Source: Hypanus sabinus
Taxonomy: Eukaryota
NCBI RefSeq assembly: GCF_030144855.1
Contig: NC_082721.1
Location: 27,404,001 to 27,468,000, forward strand
Direction: 5' to 3'
DNA length: 64,000 nt
Below are positions 1 through 13,149 of the stretch, in pieces (positions within the stretch are counted from its first letter, which is position 1; the number at the start of each line of letters is the position of its first letter). The notes under the pieces are model-generated. The model did no database searches. It saw only the letters and a list, made by a program, of their open reading frames with translations, and was not told where the DNA came from. The position numbers and the translations under genes are program-made.

Positions 1-419
1 GGATGCCATCAACTCTCTTCAGTTCAGTGAAGAAAGTTCAAGGCTGACCCAGATCATTCTCAACCCAAATGTTACATTTAACTATATTGATCACACATCA
101 ATGAGCCATTTTGGAAAAAATTGCTTTGTTCTAACCCTGCCTCAAGTCAGTGGTAGTGGAACTCTCAGCCACTTCCCAATTACTCCCAGATGCCTGCTCA
201 CCTTGTTCACTCTGCAAATCCAAGCTCACTCAAACTTCTTATATCCTATGACACCAATTTAACCACCACCCAAGCTTTGACACAAGCTAATAACTAGTTA
301 AAAGCAGGGTGAAACCCATCACAGCTTGGGTTTCGGAGTTCACTTCAAGCTCTGTCTGTAAAGAGTTAGTATGTTCTCCCCATCACTGTGTGTTTCCTCT
401 TGGGTGCTCTGGTTTAGAT

Positions 420-880
420 CACAAGACGTAGGAGCAGAATTATGCCATTCGACCCAGCTGATTTATTATCCCTCTCAACCTCATTCTCTGCCTTCTCCAA
501 TAATGCCCTGACTAATCAACCTATCAACCTCCTCTTTAAATATATCCAATGACTTGGCCTCCATAGCCATCCATGGCAATGAATTCCACAGATTCACTAC
601 CCTCTGGCTAAAGAAAATTCTCCTCATCTCTGTTCTAAATTATCCTCCTCTGTTCTGATGTGCCCTCTCGTACTAGACTCACACACTATAAGAAATGACT
701 TCCCCACATCCACTCTATCCAGGCCTTTCAATATTCGACTGGTTTCAATGAGATTTCTCCCACCACCCCATTCTCCTGAACTCCAGTGAGTACAGGCCCA
801 TAGCCATCCAACGCTTCTCATACGTTAACCCTTCCATTCCCAGAGTCATTCTCTGAACCTTCTCCAGACCCTCTCCAATG
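420..880 (-). mobile_element. CR1-type LINE 3' fragment
   Basis: ORF pieces GLYSLEFRRM and KGLDRVDV are typical of the CR1 ORF2 C-terminus; the CR1 3' tail motif is near 420-450; boundaries approximate. Confidence 0.8.
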
Positions 881-959
881 CCAACTTGGAACTGGAGCCC
901 CAGGTCAGTAGGGAAGGATTGGACCAGATAGTAAATAAAAGTATTGAAAGTCAAAATTG

Positions 960-3470
960 AAATAACAAGTATGACAGGTCGGATAGTTTGAAGTGTGTAT
1001 ACTTTAATGTTAAGAGTATTATGGGTAAGGGTGATGAACTTAGAGCATGGATCAGTACGTGGAACTACAGTCTTTCAGTCATTACTGAAACTTTGTTGAG
1101 AGAGGGACAGGAACGGGTGATTAATGTACCAGGTTTTTGAAGTTTTAGAAAAGATAGAGGTGGAGGTGCACAATTAATCAGGGACAATGTCACAGCTGCA
1201 CTCAGAAGAGAAAGAATGGAGGGTTCAGACACAGAGTCCATTTGGGTAGAACTCAAGAATAGGAAGAGTGCAATCACACTGATGGGACTGTACTACAACC
1301 CCCTAACAGACACATAATCAGATTAAGAAAATGTGCAACAATAATAGGGTTGTTGTCATGGGGACTTTCTTAGTGCAAGGGGTTAGATGGAGCAGAATTT
1401 GTTAAGTGTATCCAGGAAGGTTTCTTAAGTTGATATATGGACCATCCAACAAGAGGAGGGGTGGCTGAACTTTCAGTGGGTGAACAGTTAGGGAAGAGTG
1501 GCCATAAATCCTTCTCTTTCAGGATAGCTTTAGATAAGGTTAGGTATGGTTCTTGTGGGAGTGTTTTAAATTGGAAAAGGGCAAATTAGAAGGGCATTAG
1601 CCAGGAACTAAGAAGCGTTAATTGGGAACACCTTTTTCTGGCAAGTCTACATCAGACATGTGGAGGGTGTTTAAAGATCAATTGCACAGAGTACAGGAGG
1701 GGTATGTTCCTGTTAGAAGGAAGGACAGGGATGGAAAGATAACAGAACTGTGGATGTCCAGAGGGGTGATGAATTTAGTCAAGAAGAAAAAGGAAAAGTA
1801 TGTAAAGTTTTGGAAGTCAGGATTAAATGATGCACATGAGGAGTATAAAAATGCCAGAAAAGAACTAAAGAAGGAAATTAGGAGAGCCAGGAGGGGCATG
1901 AAAAGTCTTTGGCAAGTAGGACTAAGGAGAATCTCAAGGTATTCTATACACGTATAAGAGGATAACTAGGGAAAGGGCGGGACCACTCAAAGATAAAAGG
2001 GGTAGCATTTGCTTAGATGCAAAGTACGTGAGTTAAGTACTTAATGAGTATCTTGCTTCAGTATTTACCTAGGAAAAGGATATGGAGCACCAGGAGATCA
2101 GTTCAGCATATATAAATATGTGAGGGCTTTTAGAGGTCAAGGAGGAGGAACTGTTGGGCCTTCTAAGGAGTATTAAGGTGGACAAGTCCCCAGGGCCTGA
2201 TGAGATTTACCCCAGGCTACTGAAGGAGGCAAGAGACGAGATGAGATTGCAGGACCCTTGACCAGTATCTTTGTGTCCTCTCTAGTTATAGGCGAGATCC
2301 CGGAGGATGACGAGTGGCTAATATTGTATCTCTATTTAAGAAGGGAACAAGAGAAAATCCTGGGATCTATAAACCAGCAAGTCTCATATCAGTTGTGGGG
2401 TAATTGCTGGAGAAAATTCCAAGGGATAGGATATATGAGCATCTGGAAACCCACCGCCTAATTCAAGCACGGCTTTGTGTGGAGCAGATCGTGTCTTACC
2501 AACTTGATTGAGTTTTTTTGACAAGGTGACAAGAGAGATTGATGAAGGTAGAGCAGTGGATGTTGTTTACATGGATTTTAGTAAAGCACTTGACAAAGTC
2601 CCTCATGAGAGGCTAATCCAGACTAGGATTCATGGAGTCTGCTGTTTGGATTCAGAACTGGCTTGTACATAGAAGGCAGAGGGTAGTGATTGAAGGGACC
2701 TATTCAAGCCGGAGGTCTGTATTTAGTGGCATTCTGCAAATAGCTGTGCTGGGATCTCATCTGTTTGTAATGTATACAAGTGATCTGGGTGGGTTAGTAA
2801 ATTTGTGGATGATACCAAGATTGGTGGAGTTGTGGATAGTGGAGAAGACTGGCAAAGATTACAACACGATATAGACTAGTTGGTAGGGCAAATAAAAAGA
2901 GACAGCACATAAAAGGACAAGGTCCTAATATACCTTTTTATCTTGGTTGTTAAGCAGAGAGACCTAGAGATCCAAGATCATGGCTCCTTGAAAGTGGCTA
3001 CACAGGTCGATAAGGTGGTTCAGAAAGCTCATGGAATACTTGCTTTTATTAGTCGAGGCACTGAGTTCAAAATTCAGGAGGTTATGCTGAAACTTTATAA
3101 AACTTTGGTTAGGCCACATCTGGAGCATTGTGTACAGTTTTGGTCACCCCACTACAGGAAGGATGTGTAGGCTTTGGAGAGGGTGCAGAAGAGGTTACCA
3201 GGATGCTGCCTGGTTTAGAGGGCGTGTACTATCATGAGAGGCTGGATAAACTTGTGTTTTTTTCTCTAGAGCACAGGAGGCCAAGGGTAGATCTGATAGA
3301 GGTTTACAAGACAATGAGAGGCACAGATAAAGTGGACAGAGAATATGTGTTTGCTAGGGTTGAAATTACCAGGAGGGATTAGTGTTTGGGTGGTTTTGAT
3401 TTGCTTTTTAGCTGGTTCAGTACAACATTGTGGGCTGAATGGCCTCTCCTTTGCTGTACTCTTTGATGTT
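960..3470 (+). mobile_element. Degenerate CR1 LINE ORF2 (endonuclease to RT)
   Basis: APE-like start (…NVKSIMGKGDELRAW), KSPGPD, DFSKALDKVPH, LYKTLVRPHLEHCVQFWSPH; many stops and frameshifts. Confidence 0.85.
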
Positions 3471-3474
3471 CTAT

Positions 3475-4160
3475 CCTTTCTTAAATAAGGGGCCCAAAAC
3501 TGATCAAATATTTCAAGTGTGGTCTGATCAATGCCTTATAAAGCCTCAGCATACATCCTTACTCTTGTATTCTAGCCCTCTCGAAATAAATGCTAACATT
3601 CCTTACCACCACTCAACCTGCAAGTTAACCTTTAGGAAATCCTGTGCAAGGATGCCAAGTCCTTCTGCATTTGATTTTTGAAATTTTTTCCCATTTAGAA
3701 AATAAACTATCCATTTATTCCTTCTATCAAAGTTCATGACTATACATTTCCCTACACTATATTCCCTCTGCCACTTCTTTGCCCGTTCTCTAAATCTGTT
3801 TAAGTCCTTCTGCAGGCTCCCTGCTTCCTCAACAATACCTTCCCCTTTGCCTATCTTTGTATCATCTGCAAACCTCACCACAAAACCGTCAATTTTGTCA
3901 TCCGAATTGTTGACATATAATGTGAAAAGGAATAGTCCCAATACCAACTCCTGCAGCCAGAGTAGGCCCCCTTTATCCCCATTCTTTATCTTCTGCCAGT
4001 CAGCCAATCTTCTACCCATACTAGCATATTTCCTGTAATACCATGGGCCCTTATCTTGTTAAGCAGCCTCATGTGCGGCACCTTGTCAAAGGCCTTTTGA
4101 AAATCCAAGTATGTTCTCTGACTCTCCTTTGTCTAGCCTTTTGATATTTCCTCCAAGAAT
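3475..4160 (-). mobile_element. CR1 LINE RT fragment
   Basis: ORF 3603-4019 contains LFTLYVN…RFADDTKIG…LQKDL. Confidence 0.85.
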
Positions 4161-6878
4161 TCTTGTTTCTTTCCACGGTCCAAAGATGTGCCAGTTAGTA
4201 GGTCATAGTAAATGTGATTAGGCTAGGATTAAATAGGTGGGTTGCTGGCAACGCAGTTCATTGGGCCGCAAGGGCCTGCTCTTGTTCTAAAGGAATAAAA
4301 TACACTAACACACCCTTTCTTTCAAATCTCTCATGGTCCAACATCCTGCCTTCCTCGATCTCTTTACCCTCAGAGCTACTGGTCACTCTCAACATGAACT
4401 CATGACTTCGCTTGTTGTCTCTGGAAGTTCCTTGCAGTTAAAACTGCACAGGGAACAGCTGGAGTGTCAAAACACGTGCTTTTCTATGACGCCTGGTGCG
4501 ACTTCAGTACGTCCAGAAGAATTTAGAATTAAAACATTTTTGGAGATCAGTGACAGTCATTATTATGCTGAAAATACGACAGCTGATCTGCACAGAGAAA
4601 GCTCACACAAAGATGCCAAGTGGCAAGATAACACAACAGCTGAATTCCCCACATGGATGAAAGCCCTGCACTGAGAAACGACACTATAAATTTACCAGAC
4701 AATTCTTACGTCTAGATCTTTGTATTAATCATGGTCAAAATCACGGTTTAAAGACTAGCAAGTCCTCAGGAGCTGAAAGCTGCATTAAAGTTTCTAAAAT
4801 AAATGGCATCAAAAGGAGTGGATTTATTGTTTATGATGACTCTAAATTCCCCAGATTAGTCCTAACAGATTAGAAAACTGTAAACATAATACCAGGAATC
4901 AATAGAGGAAGAAGGAAGGCCACTGGGGACCATTTGCCAGTTAGCCTAAAGTATGTTGGCCTGAGAAGAATGCTTGGATGCATTACAAAGAAATGGTAAC
5001 AAGTTACCAAATTTTTTTTTAATCTTAGTCGACATGAAAGAAATGTGGCAATTTTTGTATGTTTCTTTGAGCAGGTTAAATGACCGAAACAATGGACGTA
5101 GTGTATTTCGTCTCAAAGGACAATTGATAAGGTACTACACAGAACTTCACTGTCCCAGGCATTAGTGGTAACATAATCATCTATTACAGACAGAAAACAA
5201 TCGGATAAATGGGTCACTTATAGACAGGTTTAAACTAATGAGGTGTCACTGGAATCAGAGCTGTGGCCTCAGCTATTTCAAAATCTATATTACATTTTAA
5301 AATGAGGGAAAGGTTGTGAAACAAGTATGTTGTGTCAAAGCTTGTAAGGATATAAAGAAAGCAATCAGATTCCAAAAAAAAATCACAAATAAAATCCAAT
5401 ATCTAAAGCAGAAAATGCTGGAAATACTCAATGAGTCAAAAAACATCTGTGGGGAGAGGAACAGATATTCTTATACAAGATACACAAGGTTATCCTGCAG
5501 GTATGCAATTTTCAATTAGGAATGCAAATGGGTGCAAACCTTAATTACCAGACAGAGCACAAAAATAGAGACATTCCCTTACAACATTACCTGGAGTCAT
5601 ACATACAATTTTGCTCTCCTTATTCAAGAGGTATTTGCTTTGGAAATAGTACAGGAAAGGATAATTAGATTAATTTTAATGGTAACTAAAAAGCAGAGAC
5701 TGAACAGATTAAGCCTAGCTCTCTCGAGTCTGTAAGAATTTACAATAATTTTATGTCAAAGTACAGGATTTGGTGGGGATTTCATAAGAAGGGTTAATGT
5801 TGAGGATGTTTCTTCTAGTGGGTCCAGTGGAAAATCTGGAATGGGAGGGAATATTCTCAGGATTAGAATCTCTTGTTTAAAACATGAGAAATTTCCTTTC
5901 AGCAGGTTGTGAAACTTTGGAATTTCCTACCTCAGAGAGTTGTGAATGCTGAACCATTATGTACAAGGGAAATTCAGATGGATAATTGGGCAATCAGTGA
6001 TCATAGAGACCAGGCAAGAAAATGGATGGGGTGGGACTGGATCAGCCGTAGCTTTATAAAACGGCAGAGGAGTATTAAAGGGCAGAATGGCATATGCTCG
6101 TTCTGAATTCTTAGAAATACCCAATTAGACAACAGCTCTGCCACCTGGTGGCAGCAAGCTGCAACTGCAAATGTTAAAAAACTGACCTGAAGTAATAATA
6201 ACACTGTGGAGCTGGGAGTTGCATCAGTGGGTTTTCTGAACTGCCATCTGCTTACGGGTGCTCAGTAGGAGGTGCCTCTCAGATGTTTGTGTGCCACTGA
6301 GAACCTGAGCTAAAAATACATCCTAGCTACAAGAACAAACTTGCTTTTGTATACAACAGTGCTTTCACAACCTGTAGATGTCCCAGAGCACGGCATGGCC
6401 AAGGAATTGCGTTCAATTGCAGTCATTATTACACAATACATTTCTATTTTGCAAGATTGAGAAGAAAATAAATTAATATTTTTCTCCTGATGATGACAGT
6501 GGGAAGAACTCTCCCACTATTGTTCAAAACTCTCTAAACATGGAGGCAAATGATCTATCACTTTGTCAGAAAGGCCACACTACTGAAAGTGTAGCATTTG
6601 CTCTGTCTCTGATTTAGGCTGCTCATACCCTGGGAGGGTTTCCAGGACAGCGTTTCATTTTTTACTACATATCCCTAGGATGCTTGAGAGACTACTGTAG
6701 AGGGAGCTTTACCATGGGAGTGTCTACCAGTACTGTAACATACTGGGAGGGAACAGCTAACTGAGAACAGAGCAGAGTTCAGAACCGGGATCACAATACC
6801 CGGTGTCAATCGAGCACAGATAAAAAGGTATATAAAACCAGTACAAGATTGGCGGGGCCTCAGGATCAGTTGACATAC

Positions 6879-7037
6879 CTTTCGCTGTTCCTTCCTCATC
6901 ACATGCTTGTCATCGTCCTTCCAGTAGGCATCCTCGAGCTCCCGCTGCAGCTTTGCGTCAGCCGCTGCCTTCAGCTCTGCTTTCCGTGCCCTGGCAGCCG
7001 CTGACTTGCTGTTTTCTCCCTGGAACTTCTTGGGCAT
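6879..7037 (-). CDS. CCDC124: Coiled-coil domain-containing protein 124, first coding exon (exon 6879-7055)
   Basis: MPKKFQGENSKSAAARARKAELKAAADAKLQRELEDAYWKDDDKHVMRKEQRK (53 aa) is nearly identical to the vertebrate CCDC124 N-terminus; acceptor ctttttctccAG before 7055; donor AAG|GTATGT after 6879; no downstream exon recognised in the window. Confidence 0.95.
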
Positions 7038-7107
7038 CCCGTCTGTTACCACCGGCTGGAGAAAAAGAGCACAGGAATTAGAGCAGAAACACCAGGGGTA
7101 TGGAGGC

Positions 7108-7211
7108 ACAGGCACACACCAGAGACACACACAGAGATACAGGCACACACCAGAGACACACACAGAAATACAGGCACACACCAGAGACACACACAGAGAT
7201 ACAGGCACATA
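7108..7211. repeat. 31-bp CA/GA-rich tandem repeat (about 3.3 copies)
   Basis: Repeated unit acaggcacacaccagagacacacacagagat. Confidence 0.85.
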
Positions 7212-8334
7212 CCTGGATTTTAAAACAACGATGCACAAATGGGTGATGCAGTTTAAAAAATGCAGCCAGAATGAATCAGCAGCATTTGTACAGTGAAGGA
7301 CAGAAAACAGTCTATCAAACAGATTGGGATACACCACAGGATGTAGTAACGTCCAGAATCCAAAACCCCCTGTGGTAATCCCCAGGGTGGTTTCAAGAAA
7401 TTTCAGTTTTTGAACTTTGAAGAAAAGGGAAGCAACAGCAAACTGCTACCAATCAGAAATGAGGCCGCGGCTGGACAGCTGCCTTCAGTTCTGGACACGG
7501 CACCTCAGGGAGGATGTCAAGGCCTTGACATAGGGCAGAACAGATTCAACAGGATGTAAGCAGCAGTGAGTGATCAGAAATATAAATTAACCTCAAAATG
7601 ATTTTAAATTATTTGATTAAAGAATCAAAGTCATTGAGTCAGAGAGATTCAGCATGGAAACTGATCCTTCAGCCCAGAGTTCACACGAACCATCAAGCAC
7701 CAACTTTTATGCTTACTATACCCCTGCCCAATTTATTCCCCCACACCATCATGATTCCACCTAAACACAAGCAGCAATGTACATAGACAATTAACCACTC
7801 AATCCTCATCTTTGGGACACGGGGAGGAAACTCAATCCCAGAAGAAATCCACATGGATGCAGGGAGAGTCCAAATCAGACCATATCTTCCTTTGGTCAGA
7901 GTTCAATCTGGCTCTCTTGCACTGTGAGCGAGTGGTTTTACTAACGATGCCACTGTGCTACACCAGATACCTGGGATGTAACAGATGTGTCATGAGGGGA
8001 ATACCAATCTATCAAGCTGTTGACTGCAGTTACCAGGCTGGCATTCCATCCAAGTCAAGAGATCAGGCTTCCAGTAAACGGAGCACAAAACCCAGTTCAA
8101 CAGTACTGTCGAGTGCAGAGGGAATGCTGAATTCCTGGATGCACCATTCTTTGAATTAAACAATTAATCAAAACCCATCAGCCTTCACAAAATTACAGTG
8201 CCCACAGCGCTCAGAAGAAGCAGAAGTGGTAGAAGCATTTTGGATAGAATTTATCACACATTAGAACATGGGGCCAAAAAATAAATTCAGCTTTCCATTT
8301 TGTTACAGGTCCAGCGAGCCGCATGATCAGACAG

Positions 8335-8555
8335 CACAGTAACGTAGTGCTCTACAGTACCAGCGACACAGTAATTCCTGCCGCTGAGAGGAGTTTGTAC
8401 ATTCTCCACGTGACCACGTGGATTTCCTCCAGGTGCTCCGGTTTCCTCCCACAATCCAAAGGCGTGCAGATTAGTAGTTAACTGGTCACATGGGGTGTAA
8501 TTGGGCAGTGGGGCTCATCGGGCTGAAAGGACCTGTACTATGCTCTATCTCCAAC
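8335..8555 (+). mobile_element. V-SINE/HE1-like SINE
   Basis: Core motif gtttgtacattctcc…gatttcctccaggtgctccggtttcctcccacaatccaaa. Confidence 0.7.
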
Positions 8556-8706
8556 TTAAAATGAAAAATCTTTCCAACATTTGCATCCGGTGGTTGCAGG
8601 GTAGATGTCAACACTTAATAGGTACGTGAATGAGCTGGGTATGGAGGGCGATGGTCCAAGTGCAGGTTGACGGGACTAGGCAGTTTAAATGGTTCACACA
8701 GACTAG

Positions 8707-8862
8707 TAAACACAAAGTACACTGCAGATGCTGTGGTCAAATCAAGACGTACAAACACGCTGGATGAACTCAGCAGGTCGGGCAGCATCTGTTGGAAGTG
8801 AGCAGTCAACGTTTCGGGCCAAGACCCTTCGTCAGACCTGCTGAGTTCATCCAGCTTGTTCA
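8707..8862. mobile_element. Short Penelope-derived insertion with inverted repeat and hammerhead core
   Basis: 11-bp TSD acacagactag (8696-8706, 8863-8873); inverted pair ctggatgaactcagcaggtc / gacctgctgagttcatccag; minus-strand CTGACGA…GAAAC. Confidence 0.75.
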
Positions 8863-8999
8863 ACACAGACTAGATGGGCCAAATGGACTGCTGTAGTGTT
8901 CTGTGACTCTACAAGGCAAAAGGAAGTACTGAGATGGAGTAGATTCGACTTAACTAGTTCAGTGCAGCTCTAACAGACAAGAACCTCAAAACAACCCAG

Positions 9000-9660
9000 G
9001 ATTGACTTTCTGACCAGTCAGTAAGGCTAGGTGGCCACACTTCCACCACAATTATTCTGAAGTCTGGTGCTCCACAAGATTGTCCCCTGCTCTACTCCCT
9101 GGACACTGCGTGGCTGGACTCAGCTCCAACTCCATCTACAAGCTTGCAGATGATAGCACTGTAGTGGGAAATAAGGATGCGTCGGAGTACAGGAAGAGAG
9201 TTTAGTGATATGGTGTCGTGACACAATATCAACAAAGGAGCTGGTCATTGATTTTAGAAGGGCGAGGAGGTGCACATGCTCCTGTCTACATTAACAGTGT
9301 TGAGGTTGAAAGGCTGAGAGCTTCAGGTTCACCAATAGGCTGTCCTGGTCTAATCACGTTGACATTGCTACCAAAAAAAGCTTACCAATGCTTCTACTTA
9401 CTCAGGAAGCTAAAGATGGCATGTCCCCATTGACTCTTACCAATTTTTATCCAAGCACCAAAGAATGCATTCTGTCTGGATGCATAATGGCCTGGTATGG
9501 TAACTACTCTGCAAGAAACCGCAGAGCTGTGGACCTGGTTCAGCACATCACAGGAACCACCTCCCCTCGACTGGCTCTGTCTCCAGTTCCCACTGCTACA
9601 GTGAAGCCTCCTGCATGATCAAAGATCCCACCCACCAGGACATTCTCTCTTCTCCTCGCC
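9000..9660 (+). mobile_element. Rex1/Babar-like LINE RT fragment
   Basis: Remnants of GAPQ, KLADDST and ECILSGCIMAWYGN motifs. Confidence 0.7.
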
Positions 9661-9664
9661 CCGT

Positions 9665-10230
9665 AAGACCAGAATTAGGCCCATCGAGTCTGCCAAACCA
9701 TTCCATCAAGGCTGATTTATCATCCCTCTCAATCCCATTCTGCTGCCTTCTCCTCGTAATCTTTGACACCCTGACTAATCAAGAACCTATCAACCTCCAC
9801 TTTAAATACACCCAGTGACTTGGCTTCCACAGCTGTCTGTGGCAATGAATTCCACAGATTCACTACCCTCTGACAAAAGAAATTCCTCCAAATCACTGTT
9901 CTAAATGGACAGTCCCTCTATTCTGAGGCTGTGTGCTCTGGTCTTAAGACTCCCCCGCTATAGGAAGCATCCTCTCCATATCTACTCTATCTAGGCCAGC
10001 ATGTGTTTTCTTAGATAAGGGACTCAAAACTGCTCAAATATTCCAAGTGTGGTCTGACCAATGCTTATAAAGCCTCCGCATTAAGTTCTTGCTTTCATAT
10101 TCTAGTTCTCCCAAAATGAATGCTAACTTTGCGTTTGCCCTCCTCACCACCTGCAGGTTAACCTTTAGGGAAATCCTACACGAGGACTCCCAAATTCCTT
10201 TGCACTTCTCATTTAACTTTCTCTCTGATT
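9665..10230 (-). mobile_element. CR1 LINE 3' fragment
   Basis: Similar to the CR1 3' ends at 420-880 and 24900-25480. Confidence 0.75.
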
Positions 10231-11191
10231 AGAAGTTTCAAAAACCTGATCTGATTGCACCAGGTTCAAGGACCGCTTCTAACCCACTATTGGCAGACTT
10301 GTGAACAGATCACTGGTTTGGACTCCCAGCCTCACAATCTACCTTGTTACATTACTGCACTTTATCGTTCATCTGCAATGCTTTTACACTTCAGAATCAG
10401 TTTTAATATCGCCAGCATATGTCATGAAATTTGTTAAATTTACAGCAGCAATGTATGATAAGTAGAACATAGAAATTTAAAAACAACTGAATTATAGTAA
10501 ATATGTGTCTATTAAACAGTTAAATTAAATCAGTAGTGCAAAAAAAACAAATAAAACAGTGGTAAGGTAGAGTTCATGGGTTCAATGTTTATTTTGGAAT
10601 TGTGTAGCGGGGACGGAGGGAAGAGGCTGTTGCTGAATCATTGAGTGTGTCCCTTCAGGCTCCTGTACTTCTGTCCCAATGGTAACAGTGAGAAAGGACA
10701 TGTCCTGGGTGAAAGGGGTGCTTAATGATGGACGCTGCCTTCCTAAAGCGCTGCTCCTTGAAATTGTCTTGGAAACCCATGACGGAGCTTTGCAAGCTTC
10801 TGCAACTTACCTCGATCTTGTGCAGCAGTGCCCTCCCACCCCACCCGACGGTGATTCACTCTGCATTGTTTAACCATATTCTGGGTAATGATTTAACCTG
10901 TAGAAACAGTGTGCAAGATAAGCTTTTCTCTGTATCCTTGTACATTTGACAATAATAAACCAATTCCAATCACTCACTGCACCTGATGCGTGGCACCCGG
11001 AATACTGCCCACCAACAAAAGACACTACAGTTACTCATCTGAGCTAGAACACACTCTAAACCCACCCTCTCTGCCAGTCTCACCAGCAATGCCCACGGTA
11101 TGAGATTATTTAAACAAATTCACACAAGCACTTCAAAAGGGAGAAAACACAGATCTGAAGTGAGAAATCCAAGTCAACCCTCTCTGTAAAC

Positions 11192-11266
11192 CAGGGGTTC
11201 AACCTTTCTTGCCATGGACCAATACCGTAATGCAAGGAGTCCGTAAGCCCCAGGTTGAGATCCCTG
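11192..11266. mobile_element. Tiny hAT-type MITE
   Basis: Termini caggggttcaacct…aggttgagatccctg; imperfect 8-bp TSD ctgtaaac / ttctaaac with central TA. Confidence 0.6.
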
Positions 11267-12479
11267 TTCTAAACCAATGTCATAAAGACAGTACAACTGA
11301 TGTTTACCTTTCCACATTTTTAGAAATCTAGAGGCTGGGAAACTCATTCAGCCGTCAGGCCTGAGTGCAACGGGTCCCTTGACTTACATACCTAACTCAC
11401 GTTTGTAGAAAACATGCTTCCTAATCGATGATGGACTTAATGCTGTCACATGTACCGAGATATAGCGAAAAGATTTTATTTGCGTGCAATCCAGCCAGTG
11501 CTTTAGTACATCAAGGTTGTACAAAAGGAACAAAAATGCAGAATATAGTGTTTACAGTTACACAAAAGGTGTAATGACAGCCCCCATTGAGAGATCAAGA
11601 GTTCATCTTTAGTGTACTAGTCTATTCAAGAGCTTAATTGCACTCAATTAAGGACCAACTACCCTACCCAACTACCAACTACCTCATGTCATGTCTCCAT
11701 CTAATGATACAAGGGAACGGGAAAATATAATAAAGAATAAGATGATAGATCAGGAGTGACAAATGTTTAAGGAGATATTATGTAAGTAGCGGCAGAAGTG
11801 CATTTTCTGCTGAAGAAGAAAACATGGCTAACTGAGTTAAAAGTTACATTGAATTGAAAGAAAAACTATATAATGCTGGTTAGTGCCAGACAAGAAAAAA
11901 AAGGAAACTTTTACACATTAAAAAGATGATTAAAATATTTAAATATGGACATGAAAACAAAAAATGACTCAAAATAAAACAAGAGCTTCTACAGGGATAT
12001 AAAGATAGAATAAGGATTTAAACTTTTGTCCCTTTAAGGAAAAGATTTGGGACTTAATAATAGGAACAAGAAACAGAAGACATTCTCAATAATTATCTTG
12101 GGTATTCCAATAATGAAAGACAATAATGATAGAACTTAAAGACCATAAACAATAAGATTATAACACACAAGAGCAGAATTAGGCCATTTGGACCATTGTC
12201 CGCTCCGCCATTCATTCACGTCTGATTTATTATCCCTCTCAACCTCATTCTCCTGCCTTCACTCCATAACCTTTAATGTTCTTCCTAACAAGGAAGCTGA
12301 TTTGATCTCCACACCCATTTGTGGCAATGCACTCCACAGACTCACCACCCACTGGCTAAAGAAACCCTTCCTCATCTCTGTCCTAAGGGCTGCATCCTTG
12401 TGTTCTCAGAGTTAAAATAAACTCTTATCACGAGAAACAAACCCTGCTTGGCAAACTAAGGCCATCAAGTGCCCTGAAC

Positions 12480-13115
12480 CCGAGAAGAGAAGAGGTAGGA
12501 GGCCAGGGTGGGGAATAGGAGGGGGAAGGGGAGAAAGTAAAATTACCAGGAAAAATTGATGTGCATGCCATCAGGCTGGAGGCAACCTAGACAGAATATA
12601 AGATGCCTTTAGGGGCAAAAGTGGAATTTCCCGGTGGCCAATCATCTTAATTCCTATTCCAACATCTTGGTCCATGGCCTCCTCTTTTGCTAAGATGAGA
12701 CACACTCTCAGGGTGGAGGAGCAACACTTCATATTCTATTTAGGTGGACTCCAACCTGATATCAGAACACCAACAACTTTTTCCAGTAAAAACTTCTTTC
12801 CCCCTTCCCTCTTCTTCTATTCCCACTCTGACCCTTTACCTCTTCTCCTCATCTGCCTATTGCCTCTCTCAGTGCCCCTTCTTCTTTCTTTTCTCCCATG
12901 GTCCACTCTCCTCTCATATCAGATTCCTTCTTTTCCAGCCCATTAACTTTTCCACCCACCTGGCTTCACCTATCGCCTTCTAGCTAACCCTCCTTCCCCT
13001 TCTGTCTTGGCCAGAAATGCCGACTATCCATTCATTTCCCTAGATGCTGCCTGACCTGCTGAGGTCAGTATATTGTGTGTTGCTTTGGAATTACAGCATC
13101 TGCAGACTTTCCTGT
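12480..13115. mobile_element. Penelope-like element 3' fragments
   Basis: EEQHFIFYLGGLQP C-terminal motif, a pyrimidine-rich tail and the pLTR motif gatgctgcctgacctgctgag. Confidence 0.7.
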
Positions 13116-13149
13116 GTGTAGGAAACTATACAGTTGTTTACCTAACGTT

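Noticed and set aside
4320-4700. Possible next CCDC124 exon or plus-strand 113-aa ORF
   Set aside because: No similarity to the expected EEKEKRR… exon; all frames after the candidate acceptor hit stops.
6675-7337. 220-aa ORF as a full CDS
   Set aside because: Only 53 codons are CCDC124; the flanks are intron and microsatellite read-through.
11690-12150. AT-rich, coding-looking stretch
   Set aside because: Multiple stops and no motif I can assign; possibly an old LINE relic.
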